Source: Lytechinus pictus
Lineage: Eukaryota
NCBI RefSeq assembly: GCF_037042905.1
Contig: NC_087245.1
Span: 41,542,001-41,606,000, forward strand
Direction: 5' to 3'
DNA: 64,000 nucleotides
Position 1 is the stretch's first letter. Each line of letters begins with the position of its first letter. Position numbers and translations under genes: made by a program. The notes below the pieces were generated by a model. That model worked only from the letters and a program-made list of their open reading frames with translations. It was not told the DNA's origin and did no database searches. Positions 11,909 to 26,673 of the stretch are shown here, in pieces.

Positions 11909-14900
11909 ATAGGCCTACATAGAAATGGAAAGATATGTCTTGGTCAAACTTCGTCCAGTAAATATTTTTATATCAATGATTTGTAGCTATAGGTTATTTC
12001 CTAAGGCATGTCAGGTCCTATATTCATTCAATTAAAAAAAAAATGAAGCATATAAAACACCCTCCATACAACTACCCTATCCCTGATTGAATATAAATAT
12101 ATATATATGCCTTTATAATTATGTTAATTGAAAATAAGAAATATAAAGAGATCCATATGTTTTTACATCGGTTTAACTGTCATGAAATCGTTAATCTTTT
12201 ATTAAATCGCAATAATTATAACACTGATTGTATCAGGCGGGGCGAAAGAAAATATATGAAAAGACACGCTGCAAAATACTTTTTGTAACCTAGATATTTC
12301 AGGATTCCAGCATCGTTGGCCAATATATTTTATTAACAAACATGCATTTTAGATTAGTGGAAAGCGTATCATGCTCTTGATGTATGGGGCGATGATTAAT
12401 CAAAAACAGTTTTTGTGAAGATGCGTTCACATAATTAAAATTCATTCGTTTACCTATACATATCTACGGATTAATAGGCCTTAATCTTTCTAAATATGAT
12501 GTACATCATTACATATGCATTGATTTTCATTTGTATGATTGTCATCTTATTTATTGTGTAAAGTTATATTTTACTTTTGTTTCGTTTTATTTTATTTCAT
12601 TTTCAACAGAACAAAGTAAAGTGGTCGTATATAATTACAATTAAATTTGCAAATGAAACTTATACAAACAACATAAATTGGGTAGGTACAATATATGGTT
12701 GAGTCGAAATGGTTGTTGAGTTGAAATGAATTAATCTTCAAATTTGAATTTGAACTTAGCATCTATGTCTGCACTATATTTTATTTTGTTAATTCGATTA
12801 TCTTGGGGTCCCCATTTTCTACAGTTTCAAAGAGCTATAACTTATTTGGTTGTTGTTGTTGTTATTGATTGAATAGTCTAAAAATTATTGATTCATCGGA
12901 CATGCTCTGTGCCATTTTGTGTTTGCATTATATTACGCTCTTTCAAACAAGATAATCTTACATGCATGCTTTCAACATAATAATTATTTACAAAACATTA
13001 GTATTTTAAGGAATAATACTTAAATACATAAATAAACAATGAAAAAATTATTAGAAAAAAATGTTTGTATGGACACGGCTCTTGGCACTTGGTCTTGACC
13101 CTCAACTCCTAACCACGGTCATTTCTTGAGTTTTCGACCCCCAACAAGAAAGGTCATTCGAGGTCATGTCCACATCCGGCGGGATCAATTATTTTATTTA
13201 GCCACCCCTCTGATGTAATCCTGCGTGGGGGTCTGGTCCATTACAATCGCCTCGGGTTCAGGTCCAGACTAATAGTTTTTGGTGGTAAAGGGGCAAGGGC
13301 TGCGCAACATGGAAAGACGGGTATATAGGGGACACCCCCACAGGTTTGTTTAGTAGTGAAAGGAAACAATGAAAATGTGAAGAGGAAAGACGAAGAGAGA
13401 AGAAGAAAGTTTTCAAAAGAGAGGTCGGTAGTGTAGTGTAAAATAGCGCCAAAGTTAGATCGACCCCCCCCCCCCCCCACCTTCCACAAAATAATCTGGC
13501 GCCGAACGCCGAATGCTGCAGCATTGATTTTATGAAATATTATAGTGGAATGATGGAAGGGTGGAGGAGACTGTCGGAGGAGGTTTGGTAAGATGGAGAA
13601 GGATTAATTTCCAGAATTAAGATGACGAGATGAAAATTAGAGGGGTGAGACTGTAAGGGGGGAGGAGAAAGGAAAATAGAGGGGAAAGGAGATCAGGAAG
13701 ATAGGAGTTTAATCCATTCATGAATATTTTAGAAGGAGTATATATAATTATGAAACAGCTGCATACGCGAATCGAATGTATTAATGATATACAACACATA
13801 CAAACATGAATCGAAATATTTTTAGTACATTTTGATATATTTTATCGTGAATATTTTTACTGTATACAATCTAAAGTTTTTTACATCAGCGCTACATCCC
13901 TCGATTGGTGATAACTCGAGAAAAATGATTCGTATAAGAGAAATTGAGAAGAGGAAACGTTTATCGACACATTGCAATCAAGAAAATCAATGTATTTTTT
14001 TAAAACTCAGAACGATTCCGGAAATAGGCCATCTTCCATCGTGTCCATGCTTAAAAAAAGTGGTAATGATGATTGCTATTGCTCTATGTTTTTTTTCTTA
14101 ACTGCAAATGAAGCTGATGAATATATTTTCAAAATGCAATTTGTTTTGATATCTAAATTAGATCAATGAAATCTCTGAAATTACTGATGCCGAATTGAAG
14201 AATATTTGTAATCTGGTAATGCATGTAATGTTTATATAATGTTTTTATAAGACATAATAACCATAATGTTTGTATTTCCTATTAACCTAAATTATGAATG
14301 ATTTGAAAAAGTAACATATTGGCTCCAATTTTTTAATTTCCCTTCATGCTACTTCGACGCGATATACGGTGTTTTCTTTCCCCTCGTTTTGTACATGTAT
14401 GATTTTTGTTTTAATCTAATGTTTCATACGCGACGGGGTCTAGCAATATAGGGATGCCCCACTAATTTCAGAACCTATTTTTATTTCATTTTCACGAATA
14501 TTCCTCCCTAATGTGTGCATCGCTGATCCACCGATTTCAATATACAAACAGAAAACACTCCCATCCGCTCGATCGCTGCACCCCATCCCATGTACATATT
14601 TTCGTTTTATTTTCCCAGTAATAATAACTTCCCTCTTACGGTCATGCATGGACACATTTCAAAAAAATTCCCTAAGACTACAAGTTTTTTTCAGTATCCA
14701 TCTCCATTTTCAACATTAATACAATTACTTTGATATTATTTGTATCAAAATTATGTATATTTTGCTATCAATTACATTATTTATGACATTTTGTAACATT
14801 AGTTACGTGTTACGTCTTCTGTGTTACATTATGTTGAAAATGGAAATATATAACTGGGACAAATCCCCCAAATCATCTATATATCATCGATTCGTACGTC

Positions 14901-15699
14901 ACATAAACCAATTCTTTTTCGTGAAACATTTATTTGTTATGTAGTATCTCGCTATCTCATTCAATACTCGCTAATAACACATGTCCTCGTCACATCAAAC
15001 AGCGATATAAACTCGCGAAAGAGCAAGAAGAGAGAGGTATCCGGCAGATAGAGGGGTATCTAGCAATGCAATAACTGTCATTCGGTTTTTAATTCAGCGG
15101 TAAGACAGGAATATTCCCATTGTTTTGCATTGAGAGGTTTTGAATTGATAAAAGATTCAATTCTAACTTGACATAAATACATATAGCAAATGAAATAATT
15201 ATAATCTCTTTACAAATAGATACATCAACAACTCATATACTTAACACTACATGTCATTTTATGTTTTTTTAAGCACTATCATATCATTTTTTTAACTTGG
15301 TACTTATTTCTTGTTAAATATGTATGTTTATGTTAACCTCGTATCATATCATTGAGTGTTATATTGACATGTCATATCACACTTTCTTCCAATATATAAT
15401 ATTAATGGTAATAATACATGCGCATTTAGTGTAAACTCTGCTTATAAACTCAACATACTCCATTAACCGGAATCGATTCCCAGCCTGCAGAGCAGTAAAG
15501 ATCGATAAATGCATGATGAGATGCATTCTGATTAGTCACGGCAATCTAACATTCATTAAGCACCAACAGACACACGAATATTAGATGAGATTAATAGGTA
15601 AACGAAAACTCGCAATCCCATTCATGGAAATCCGGAATTATAAGGCAGAGTAATTTTGTAAAAGCGCTGTATGTTAAGCCGACTCTGTTGATCATATTA

Positions 15700-15924
15700 C
15701 ACTGCAAAAACTCCGGTGCTGATTTAACACCAGCCCGGAATGAAGAAGTATTGAAACAACACCAGTTTGAAATCAAACCGATGCTGTTTTAATACTAATT
15801 GGTGTTGTATAAACACCTATCTGGTGTTAGACCAAAACGAAACTGGTGTTGTTTAACACTTCTCTGGTGTAGACATATATATATTTCGGGCTGGTATTAA
15901 ATCAACACCAGAGTTTTTGCAGTG
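15700..15924. mobile_element. MITE with CACTG...CAGTG ends (EnSpm-like)
   Basis: TA|CACTGCAAAAACTC...GAGTTTTTGCAGTG|TA with internal ACACCAG repeats. Confidence 0.75.
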
Positions 15925-18900
15925 TAGTTGTAAACCATCGAGTCCTGCAAAGACAGTAATCTCAGAGGGGGAGTTGGGATTTATACAATTGGAGATGGAG
16001 AGTTATCCCCTACTCTGAAACTTTTGAAGACTGAGAAGGATATACTAAACAACAAAGAATAATAAATTACTTCATCTGGCGATAAAGTGCTATTTCCTAT
16101 ATGCCATCGGGAGCTTTGAAATGACAAATTTCGCCCTTCAAATGTGAAAATTACCCACTCGGTCGCTGTTCTATGTAGGTCTTTGAACCCCCGCGCGCAT
16201 GATATTACAATGTAGAAGCTTTTCTGACTCTCGCCTCGTAAACAGAGGGTCATGTGTTCGAATCTTAACAGCGGCGGACTGCCGCGGCCTAGTGTCCTTT
16301 GGCAAGGCGTCACTCCACACTTTGCCACTCCCCACCCATGTGTTTCGTAATATCCGGTATGGTGAGAAAGCCTTTGTAGGCCTGTAGTATGCCTAGTATT
16401 GATTCTTGGAAATCCTTTTGGGATACTCCCAGAGAGTGGAGAAAGTGCAAACATTATGTAAGGGCATGGGGGGCATGCAGGTCAAGATCCGATAACAGGG
16501 ATAATCATGAAATTGTATCTGTAAGGCTCTTTTAGAGACGTGCATAAAAGATGAATATTTATTATTATCAATACTGTTTTGAAATCTAAAATATGTATTT
16601 GATACAATATCACACATTTATGCAATAACGTCGAAAAGTAAATCCTGACTAGAATTTAGAGTAAGATAACTTGGATGCCCTTTAAACGATATCTATAGTT
16701 TACACAATCAAGGACCGCAGTTTCCACTTGAGTCCCCCTTATTGACAAGAATTCCACTAAAGCATTCTCCCTTCTAGCAAAGCATTGTGTTTGAGAGCGC
16801 ACTTTTACCAATATTTATACTTAGGAGGTGAGAAGCCGAGAAGAAAAGTGAGACATTCGAATTGTGTGATTGATGGATAGCAAAAACACATCAACAACAA
16901 TGAGGAAAGTCTAGGAAATGCTTAAAGTAATGTAGATGGTGCGTGATCTTGTGCCGAAAATACTCGAGCGTCTAATCGGAGATCATGCCCACCGCCAAAG
17001 GGCGTGGGGTGCCCATGGAGGCTCTTTCGTCAACAAATTTGTCCCCATAAGACGGGATTCGGTGACAAAAGCATGGGTGGAAGCCGGTATTGGTGGCGGA
17101 TTCTATGTGCTTTGACTGGCCGATGGGTGTTTATATAGAGAGTAAGGTGCGATATATGAAGGATAAGGAGATCGAGGGTGCGGGTTGTTCCGTATGGGAG
17201 CGCGGATTGAAGTGAGTGTGTGAGAAGGTTTCGAATTCGAAGGGGGGGGGGTCCGTACAATGGGGGCGCTTGCATCATGGAGAGGGAAGGGGGCCCGGAG
17301 AGGGTGAGGGTGCTAATGTTAAAAAAAAAGACTGTGATCGACCATTGTTTTCATATAACAAAGAGGAACGTGGACACTGCTGTCGAAAAGATGATCATAC
17401 TATATTTCCGTCGCTTGTCTAATCAAACGATTCTTTTCCACCTTTTCCTGAAATTCGTTTAGAACGTCGCTTGCAGGCCCAACTATGCCTGCGCATCCGT
17501 CTAAACGGTTACGATTGGATGTTGTGCGTGTGTTTCCATCTGGTGATCCGTCACAATTTGGTAGTAGTCATGTTTACGCCCTGCAAGACTCAAATATTAA
17601 AGATGGATCTCTTATAGCGAGAAGGATTTATAGTCAATGTAAGATATCCAAGAAGGGGAAAACTAATTTGTCTGAAAAGAACAGATGGATTTGGAAGAAA
17701 CGGTTTGAGCGTTATGAAAGTTCAGGAAAAATCTGTGTGTTTTGAACTGTTTTCCATAAGTTGGCCGGTCAATCCCTTTCCGTTTAAACTGGAAAGAGAT
17801 ATACCCCCTTCATTTTCCGAAGCCCTGATTTTGACAATACGGAAATTTCTTGTCTAAACAAAGATATATGTCAAGTACCCCGCCCCTGCAATCAAGATCT
17901 TTGAAAACGACATGAATACCTTAAAAGCACGTGTTGAATGCCTTCCCAAGAGAACCAATCCAGAATCTGACATTCCCTAATTGTTTGCTCGAAAAACCTT
18001 CCTCATTATTTTCTCTCGGCTCTTTCTCTTGAATAAAACGAACCCCATGAAAAATTGGGTTACAAAATAGGTTAAATCTAATATACACACCACACATTGA
18101 ATACTTGTAAACCAATACAGGGGGTCAATTATAATACAGCCGATATGTCTTTTAGGAGAGCATTGGCATCAAATCGGATTGTGTGTAGTACTGAAATATG
18201 CATGCCAAGAAAGTATTTCCAACTGTCGTTTATTATTTGATTGAGGTTTTGCAATGAAGAAAACTCGTCTATGAACATGATGAATTAAATAAGATAAAGA
18301 TTACATCAAAAAGATAAAAAAATATCCCTAAATTCACAACCATCAAAGGAGCGCCAATTAATTTGCGCGGAGAAGTAATTAACTATACCAACATTATTTA
18401 TTTTTGAAAACAAGTTGCATTGTAATAAAAACAATATACTATATATCAATACACCGAAAGTGTTGGTTGCATCCAACGAAGAGAATAGAAGGCAAGATGG
18501 GGAGTGGGTGAGGGAGGGAGAGAGAGAGAGGTGGTAAGTAAAGAATGGAGAAATTGGAGGGTTATTAATTTTCTTTGACAGAAGCAGAGATAAGGAGACG
18601 GGAGACTGACAGACAAACAGACTTATACAAAAGACAGACATGCGGACGGATGGAAAGGGGACAGATTTAAGAAAAGGAAGGGAGAAATTGGAAGAGAGGG
18701 GGAGAGAGGCGGGCAGACAGACAGACGTATAGAGAGAGAGAACAGGAGAGGATAACACAACGCCGCGGCGCGCCATAAGCTGAATGCCTTAAACTTTTAA
18801 TAGTGAACATCAATTAATTTCTGTTATGCAATTAACTTTCTCTCAAACGGTTTGGAATTCGGTTATTTATTGCATCCAACGTCTAGTCCATTACACTCGC

Positions 18901-21900
18901 ATTAAAAATGACGCACTATGTTTGGCGATATGATTAAAGGGGAATCACCAGTAAATAGATTAGTGACGATGAAACTAAAACAATTTGCAGATGTCTATTA
19001 CAGCGTGTCAATATTAGGCAGTGGTAAATGCTTGCAGAGCTCGATTATTTAACTTCAGACCTAGCGAAGGCAGTGCATATGTAGGCAATTAAGAATTAAT
19101 TATTTTTTAGATAAAAGAAAGAGAAAGAGGTGGATGCCAGAAAGAAAATAGAATATACATTGAATGCAAAATAATATTTCAGCTGTAAATTTCCAATAGC
19201 AAGGAATTTAAAGGCTTCATCGCTGAATTGAAAGCCTTTTCTGACAAAAAATAACTTTAAAACAAAGTGCTTGTTTTGTCCGACTACAGAAATAGCGTTG
19301 TGCAGTTTACTTTTCTTGTGACCACTGGCGGATCCAGGGGGGGGGGGGGCACAGCGGGCACGTGGCCCCCTTTTGAGAAGCAAAATTAAAACTTGTGATG
19401 TAAAAATGCCATTAAAACAGAGGTGTGCCCCCTCTTTTGAAATTGAAGATTTTTTTCTTCATTATTTCATACTTGTGTGAATAATATATCTCCCTTATAA
19501 TGAAATAAGTTGCAGCAATTTAAATATAATGCACTAAATCAGTTGTCAATCCAACTTTTCTAGTTCTTGGAGGAAAAAATTTGAATAAACCTAATTTCAT
19601 ATAATAAAATACAAAAGAACAAGTGGGGATGTGACATAATCAGCCCACCTTATGAATATTCATGACGACTGTTTTCACAAAATATTGCTAAACTTTAAAA
19701 TTCAATTACTTTGTTATTTGTTATCCGATTTTGATGAAATTTTCGGCATTTTGCTCAGTAAATTCTACTCTATTTATTAAGCTATAAATACTTTCAGCCC
19801 GGACCATCCCTTTAATAAGAAAACATTGTAGATAAACCAAGTAAGTCAAAATCGTAATTGTTGGTTTGTTTTGGTTTTAATTACAGTTCACACATTGGAA
19901 GTTTGGTATATACGAGGATGTCATCCTGAAATTACCAATTGAATCCGTCTTCGATCAGACTGGATCTTTTAGAGATCTACAGCTTTATCGACCTAACATT
20001 GTATAAGATCTCCAATTCCCATCCCTTCTTCACTATCACTATCCCCACTCCCGGAGTGAGGAGAAGAGGGGGGGGGGGTATCACCAGGTTGGTAAGCAAT
20101 AAGAAGTCCTTAAACATGCAAAATACAACCTGCTTCATACACTTCAAGTGCTTATTTTGCATGAAGAGCGATGATGATGATCCCAAGATGGGACAAAGAG
20201 AGTGTCCATCGTAATACCTCTCATTTCCTGTTACCTATGTCCGTCCAACACACACACTGATACCTTAAAGAGATCTCTGCAGCGAAATCACTGGGAACCC
20301 GGCTGCCAGTCGGAATGGCTAAAGATTAAAACTCCGAAATTTGAATCAGAAAACGTTGGTTTTGGATGTAATTATATAGAGCAGAAGCTACAACAGACCG
20401 GGTTCGATAATCTGATACTCATTAGTTTTTTGTCCGGGATTTCCGACGTTATATTAGATAGATACGAATTGTAAGATGAAATATACAACGTGACAAGTCG
20501 ATATCCAAGCTATGATATACAAGTTACGTGTTACAAGGTGCAAGATACAAAATGAAATATGCAACATTCGAAAAAAAAAATCAACAACAAACAGCTGTTT
20601 ATAAGGTAATCATTAACAATTGATTTTTTCTCTTATCTGATGAAGGAAAGTGGCTCTTATTTTAGAGGACTCTCTTGAGTCAATGACATCTAGATCGAAA
20701 TCAAATAAAAGCATCAATTCAAAACGTTTTTATCAGAAAGCAAAACTCAACATTTTGATATCAATGACGACAAAGGGGGTGGGGCACTATATAATACTAT
20801 AGAATCATTTTATTGAAATCCATGTATATCTAAATAGAACCAGTTTCTTTCATATCGGTATAGACTTTTTCTTTAAATAAATGAACGTTCGACCCCGTTA
20901 ACAGTATTTCAGAAGTACCACGCTACTTCAATTTGAAGTTAATCATTTACAATACTGAAGTGTGATGTTTCGTCTATTAACGGTGTCAATTCATTGAGCT
21001 GGCAACCCAAATTAGTCCAGATTCACCACTTGATCAATTTGACGAGGGGGGGGGGGGGTGTCATGAGGAGATAGGAAAGGGTTCTCGTAACCATCTTCTC
21101 TTTCTTCTTTGTTTCTCTTACTATGTCATCAACACCACACGTATATTCAGGGGCGGATCCTCATGAGCAGGGGGGGGGGGGGCGCTGCCACCTCTATGAT
21201 TTTTCGAGTACTGGAATAGGGTATAAAGATAAGAAAAGGGAGGGATGAGAGGTAGGGAAGAATTTAGGAAGAAAGGGTAGTATAAAAACGAGAGGTCTGA
21301 GATATAGTGTAACTTTATGTTACACCTGTAATTTAACAGTGAACAAAATATGACATCACATTCGGGTCATCGAGCCCCCCCCCCCCCCTATCTAAACATC
21401 CTGGTGCCGTTCCTGTCCGTATTTCCCTTCCAACCTTGCTTACCCCTCTAAAGAAATTGGAATCTAGAACACCTTTATTCAACAGAGAAGCAACTTTAGC
21501 ACCCTCTTGCCACATTTCATTAATGTTTAACCACTATACATACAAAGAAAAAGTATCAATTTTAATTACCTCTCTGGTAACCATGAGCAACTCATCATCC
21601 ACATTTTCCTCCTGGTGTTGCTAAATCTCTGTCCATCCCAGGGAAGACTTTCTTGAAGGTCAAAGCCTGGTTAAGGATGCTAATTAGCTTGATTGGACGT
21701 GGTGTCTGGTTCTGGTGCCCATCTAAAGCCCCCGACTGGCACTAAGTGTCTGCACGAGGAGTATGACTCAGAGAGGGGTGGGGTGGTGGGATAGGCCCTA
21801 GGATTGACTGCCTGCCTCCAAGATGCCGTCCCCTCATCCCTGGTCTTGTGGAAGCAGCCAGGAAAGATGGCTTACCCTTACCCCCTCCGGCTAAACTCTG

Positions 21901-24095
21901 CCTTTTTCCCTACTCCTCACTCATCCCTCCTATCTTTCTGGGGCGGCGCCACAAGGTGGGAAGGAAGGGGGTATAGGGTGACCCTATGTTTTTTTGTTTT
22001 AATAGAAGGGGGAAAATGAAAAAAAAGGAAACTTGAAAGATGAGTGTAAGAAATAAGTGTCTGATTTGTGTAACTCTTATCCCTTTTATTCAATTGTAAA
22101 GGTGACGTTATCTTTAGGTCACATCAACCCTCTCCTCCTATCAAAATAACATATCGTCCCCCTGCTCTCTTCACAAATACATTGTAATCATCATTGAAGG
22201 CTAAGTCCAACACCACCTCAAGTGGATTTGAATAAGATAGAGTAACACAATCAAACAAGAATGACGCTACACATGTTATAAAAATATGATATGAAATAAA
22301 AAAAAGATATCATCTATCGATATTTCGAATTTCAAATATTAATAACCATAACTTTATGCTTGATTCCTCTGTCCAATTTCATCAAGTTATGCTTTTGAGT
22401 GAAACTATCATTTCCACTGATACCCTTTTTTCTATTTGAATTATGTATTAAAGTTGTCTATAAAATGTACCATAAATTTTGTTAATAATCATTGATGTTA
22501 TTGAATATACTTATAGTGAAAATGATTCGTATTGTAAATGTTAGTTATAAATGTATAAAAATAATTTGTATTATTCTCTACGTTCTGTTGGAAATAAATC
22601 TTAATCTAACTGTTAATGAAATTATTGATTATAAGCGTAGGCCTATATTTTTTTATGATAAAAGGGTACAGAATCGTAAAATTCCATTGAGGTTGTACTT
22701 TATCTCCTTCAGGAAATCTGAAAACACTTAAATTGTACTTTCAAGTTTCTAGCAATGTGAAAGAGGGAAGACCCTGTCAGATGTAAAAAGCTATTTGTCA
22801 TGAGAGAAATACGTCAACTGCTTCTCGGAATAATAAAATCCGTTTACTTGCTCATCACTGCGCAGAAAATGTTCACAAAAATATCGAGTCGGATTCGGGT
22901 CGATCTATATTTGCACTTAAAATGATTCCATTTTAGAATAGGGGGAACATAATTTTCGCATATCGACAATGTCTGCGGGTGTCTGAAGTTTGAACATTAG
23001 AATGTGTTAGACGATCTGGAATAAAACATGTCGTCAGGTCCTGTTTAATCAAGTGAAATGTGCTCTTAGCACTGATTATGACTCACCCCGATGGTGGGGT
23101 CTATGGCGGGCGCACAGGGGAATGAGGGTGGGGGATGCCCCCACTTTTAAAGGGACTGTCCGCCAAAGAGGTATACTCTCATGCAATGTAATTGAGTCTT
23201 GATATTTACGGTCTATACCGTTTGACCATAGGTACATTGCTTGAACAAACATTTGAAAATAAAATGTGACTGACCAAGCGATGTTTAATGATAATAATAA
23301 TGATGATGATAATAATAATAATAATAATGATAATAATGATAATAACTGTAGTTATTAAGCGCTTTTTGCCTGAGGATACAAAGCGCTACTATATTACCCC
23401 GAGTTTAGCTGGGCTACCCATAGGCGCTCAAGCATTCGAGGAATTTCTTCCTATCGGGTACACATTCACTTTACCTGGGTTGAGTGCAGCACAGTGTGGG
23501 TAAATTTCTTGCTGAAGGAAAAAAAATATGCCATGGCTGGGAATCCAAACCATTCCCTCTCCCTTTACCCCCCCCTCCCCATCCCCTATCATCCATCACC
23601 CACTATGCCTCTGACTCTTGGAGACTTCTTTTCTTCGACTTCTTTTCTAAGCGTGATTGGTGAAATCCTATCCCCTTTCGCATCACATGCATGCATAATT
23701 CACCTCCGTATTCGGTCTGCCCACGATTGGAAAAAAAAAAATCATGAATGGGATATCGTGAGGAGGCATAAATCATATACCCCCTGAAGTAATGAGGTCC
23801 GATATTCTTTAGAGTGATCACAAATCATCCGATGATTATAATTATCATAATTATTAGCTATGCTTTCATTTATTTTCATTCATTTCCCCCGGAAATAGTG
23901 GGAAAAGTATTATGTGCTATTATGTATTTTTCGTATTTTTTATTGACTTCCCCAGTTTACCTGTATTATTTATTTTTATTTTGTTTGTGTGGGAGGGGAG
24001 GGGGTATCAACAATCAGAGAATAATTCGAAGGTAAAAAATCGTAGTTCAACCCCTTTCCTCCTTGGATTAAATTACGTTATATCCTATAAATTCA

Positions 24096-24198
<103 letters not shown>

Positions 24199-24265
24199 TT
24201 ACAAATACTACTACACAACAACTACTACTGCTACTCCTACTCCTACTACTAGTAATACTACTTCT

Positions 24266-24332
<67 letters not shown>

Positions 24333-25076
24333 CTACTTACTACTACTACTTACTACTACTACTTACTACTACTACTTACTACTACTACTTACTACTACTA
24401 CTTACTACTACTACTTACTACTACTACTTACTACTACTACTTACTACTACTACTTACTACTACTACTTACTACTACTACTTACTACTACTACTTACTACT
24501 ACTACTTACTACTACTACTTACTACTACTTACTACTACTACTTACTACTACTTACTACTACTTACTACTACTTACTACTACTTACTACTACTACTTACTA
24601 CTACTACTTACTACTACTACTTACTACTACTTACTACTACTTACTACTACTTACTACTACTTACTACTACTTACTACTACTTACTACTACTTACTACTAC
24701 TTACTACTACTTACTACTACTTACTACTACTTACTACTACTTACTTACTACTTACTACTACCTACTACTACCTACTACTACCTACTACCTACTACTACCT
24801 ACTACCTACTACTACCTACTACTTACTACTACTACCTACTACTTACTACTACTACCTACTACTTACTACTACTACCTACTACTTACTACTACTACCTACT
24901 ACTACTACCTACTACTTACTACTACTACCTACTACTTACTACTACTACTTACTACTTACTACTACTACTTACTACTTACTACTACTACTTACTACTTACT
25001 ACTACTACTTACTACTTACTACTACTTACTACTACTTACTACTACTTACTACTACTTACTACTACTTACTACTACT

Positions 25077-25111
<35 letters not shown>

Positions 25112-25649
25112 ACTACTACTTACTACTACTTACTACTACTTACTACTACTTACTACTACTTACTACTACTTACTACTACTTACTACTACTTACTACTACT
25201 ACTACTACTTACTACTACTACTACTACTACTTACTACTACTACTACTACTACCTACTACTACTACTACTTACTACTACTACTACTTACTACTACTACTAC
25301 TTACTACTACTACTACTTACTACTACTACTACTTACTACTACTACTTACTACTACTACTACTACTTACTACTACTACTACTTACTACTACTACTACTACT
25401 ACTTACTACTACTACTACTTACTACTACTACTACTTACTACTACTACTACTTACTACTACTACTACCTACTACTACTACTACTTACTACTACTACTACTT
25501 ACTACTACTACTACTTACTACTACTACTACTTACTACTACTACTACTTACTACTACTACTACTTACTACTACTACTTACTACTACTACTACTACTTACTA
25601 CTACTACTACTTACTACTACTACTACTACTACTTACTACTACTACTACT

Positions 25650-25686
<37 letters not shown>

Positions 25687-25689
<3 letters not shown>

Positions 25690-26010
25690 GGGCGGAAATC
25701 CCAGGGGGGACGTGTCCCCCCTACTCAAAATAGTAGGGGGGACACAATATCAAATGTCCCCCCTACTATTTCTGGTCTTTTATGATGGTAAGAAATTCAT
25801 CATTCGAAATCGAAATAAAACATGTGTTTTAGGACGAGATGACCTTACTTTTGGGATGATAACCTTTTTTTTTTTTTTTTTTTTGCTTGTCAAAATTTAT
25901 TTTTGTCAAAATGACCTGAAATATGGGTGATAACATATTTTTATTTTTTTGCTTGTCAAATTTTCCAGACCCTTGTCCCCCCTACCTTTTGGGAGAGATT
26001 TCCGCCCCTG
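25687..26010. mobile_element. hAT-like MITE inserted in the microsatellite
   Basis: TIR CA(T/G)GGGCGGAAATC, flanked by CTACTACT on both sides (uninformative inside a CTA repeat). Confidence 0.6.
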
Positions 26011-26067
<57 letters not shown>

Positions 26068-26123
26068 TTACTATTACTACTACTACCACCACCACCACTA
26101 CTACTACTACTATACTACTACTA

Positions 26124-26340
26124 CACTGTAAAAACGCTGTTTAAGATTTTTATACAACGCTGTTTACTATAATTATGAACCTTACAGTATTTGTTTAACC
26201 GTTTAATCAATCATGTTTAATTTATTGAAGATTAGATATTGAAAATTAAACTTTGTTGCTTAAGATTTAAATACTTGTTTAAACTGTTTAAACAATTACT
26301 GTAAGGTTCATACAACTTTGTATAATTTTTTTTTAATGTG
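26124..26340. mobile_element. Degenerate CACTG-type MITE inserted in the (CTA)n tract
   Basis: CACTGTAAAAA start; internal inverted TATGAACCTTACAGTA / TACTGTAAGGTTCATA. Confidence 0.6.
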
Positions 26341-26358
26341 TACTACTACTACTTCTAG

Positions 26359-26400
<42 letters not shown>

Positions 26401-26507
26401 GACTACTACTACTACGACTACTACTACTACTAGTACTTCTACTACTACTACTACTGCTACTACTGCTGCTGCTACTACTGCTGCTGCTACTACTACTGCT
26501 ATACTAC

Positions 26508-26543
<36 letters not shown>

Positions 26544-26634
26544 TACCTTCTTCTTCTTTTTCTTTTTCTTCTACTTCTTCTACTTAATTTTTCTTCGCCT
26601 TCTCTTTCTCCTTTTTCTTATAAAGTCAAAAGGG

Positions 26635-26673
26635 GCCTAAGCTTTCGATCCTAGCAGAATCTTCGTCGGAGGC
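26635..26673 (-). ncRNA. Degenerate minimal type I hammerhead ribozyme (Penelope-like retroelement remnant)
   Basis: Minus strand reads GCCT-CCGACGA-A-GATTCT-GCT-AGGATC-GAAA-GCTT-AGGC; the core CUGANGA carries a U4C change. Confidence 0.55.

Noticed and set aside
11597..11922. KKER-repeat ORFs
   Set aside because: (AAAG)n microsatellite.
20115..20163. Hairpin CATGCAAAATA...TATTTTGCATG as a pre-miRNA
   Set aside because: Only an 11-bp stem with poorly paired interior; matches no miRNA I recall.
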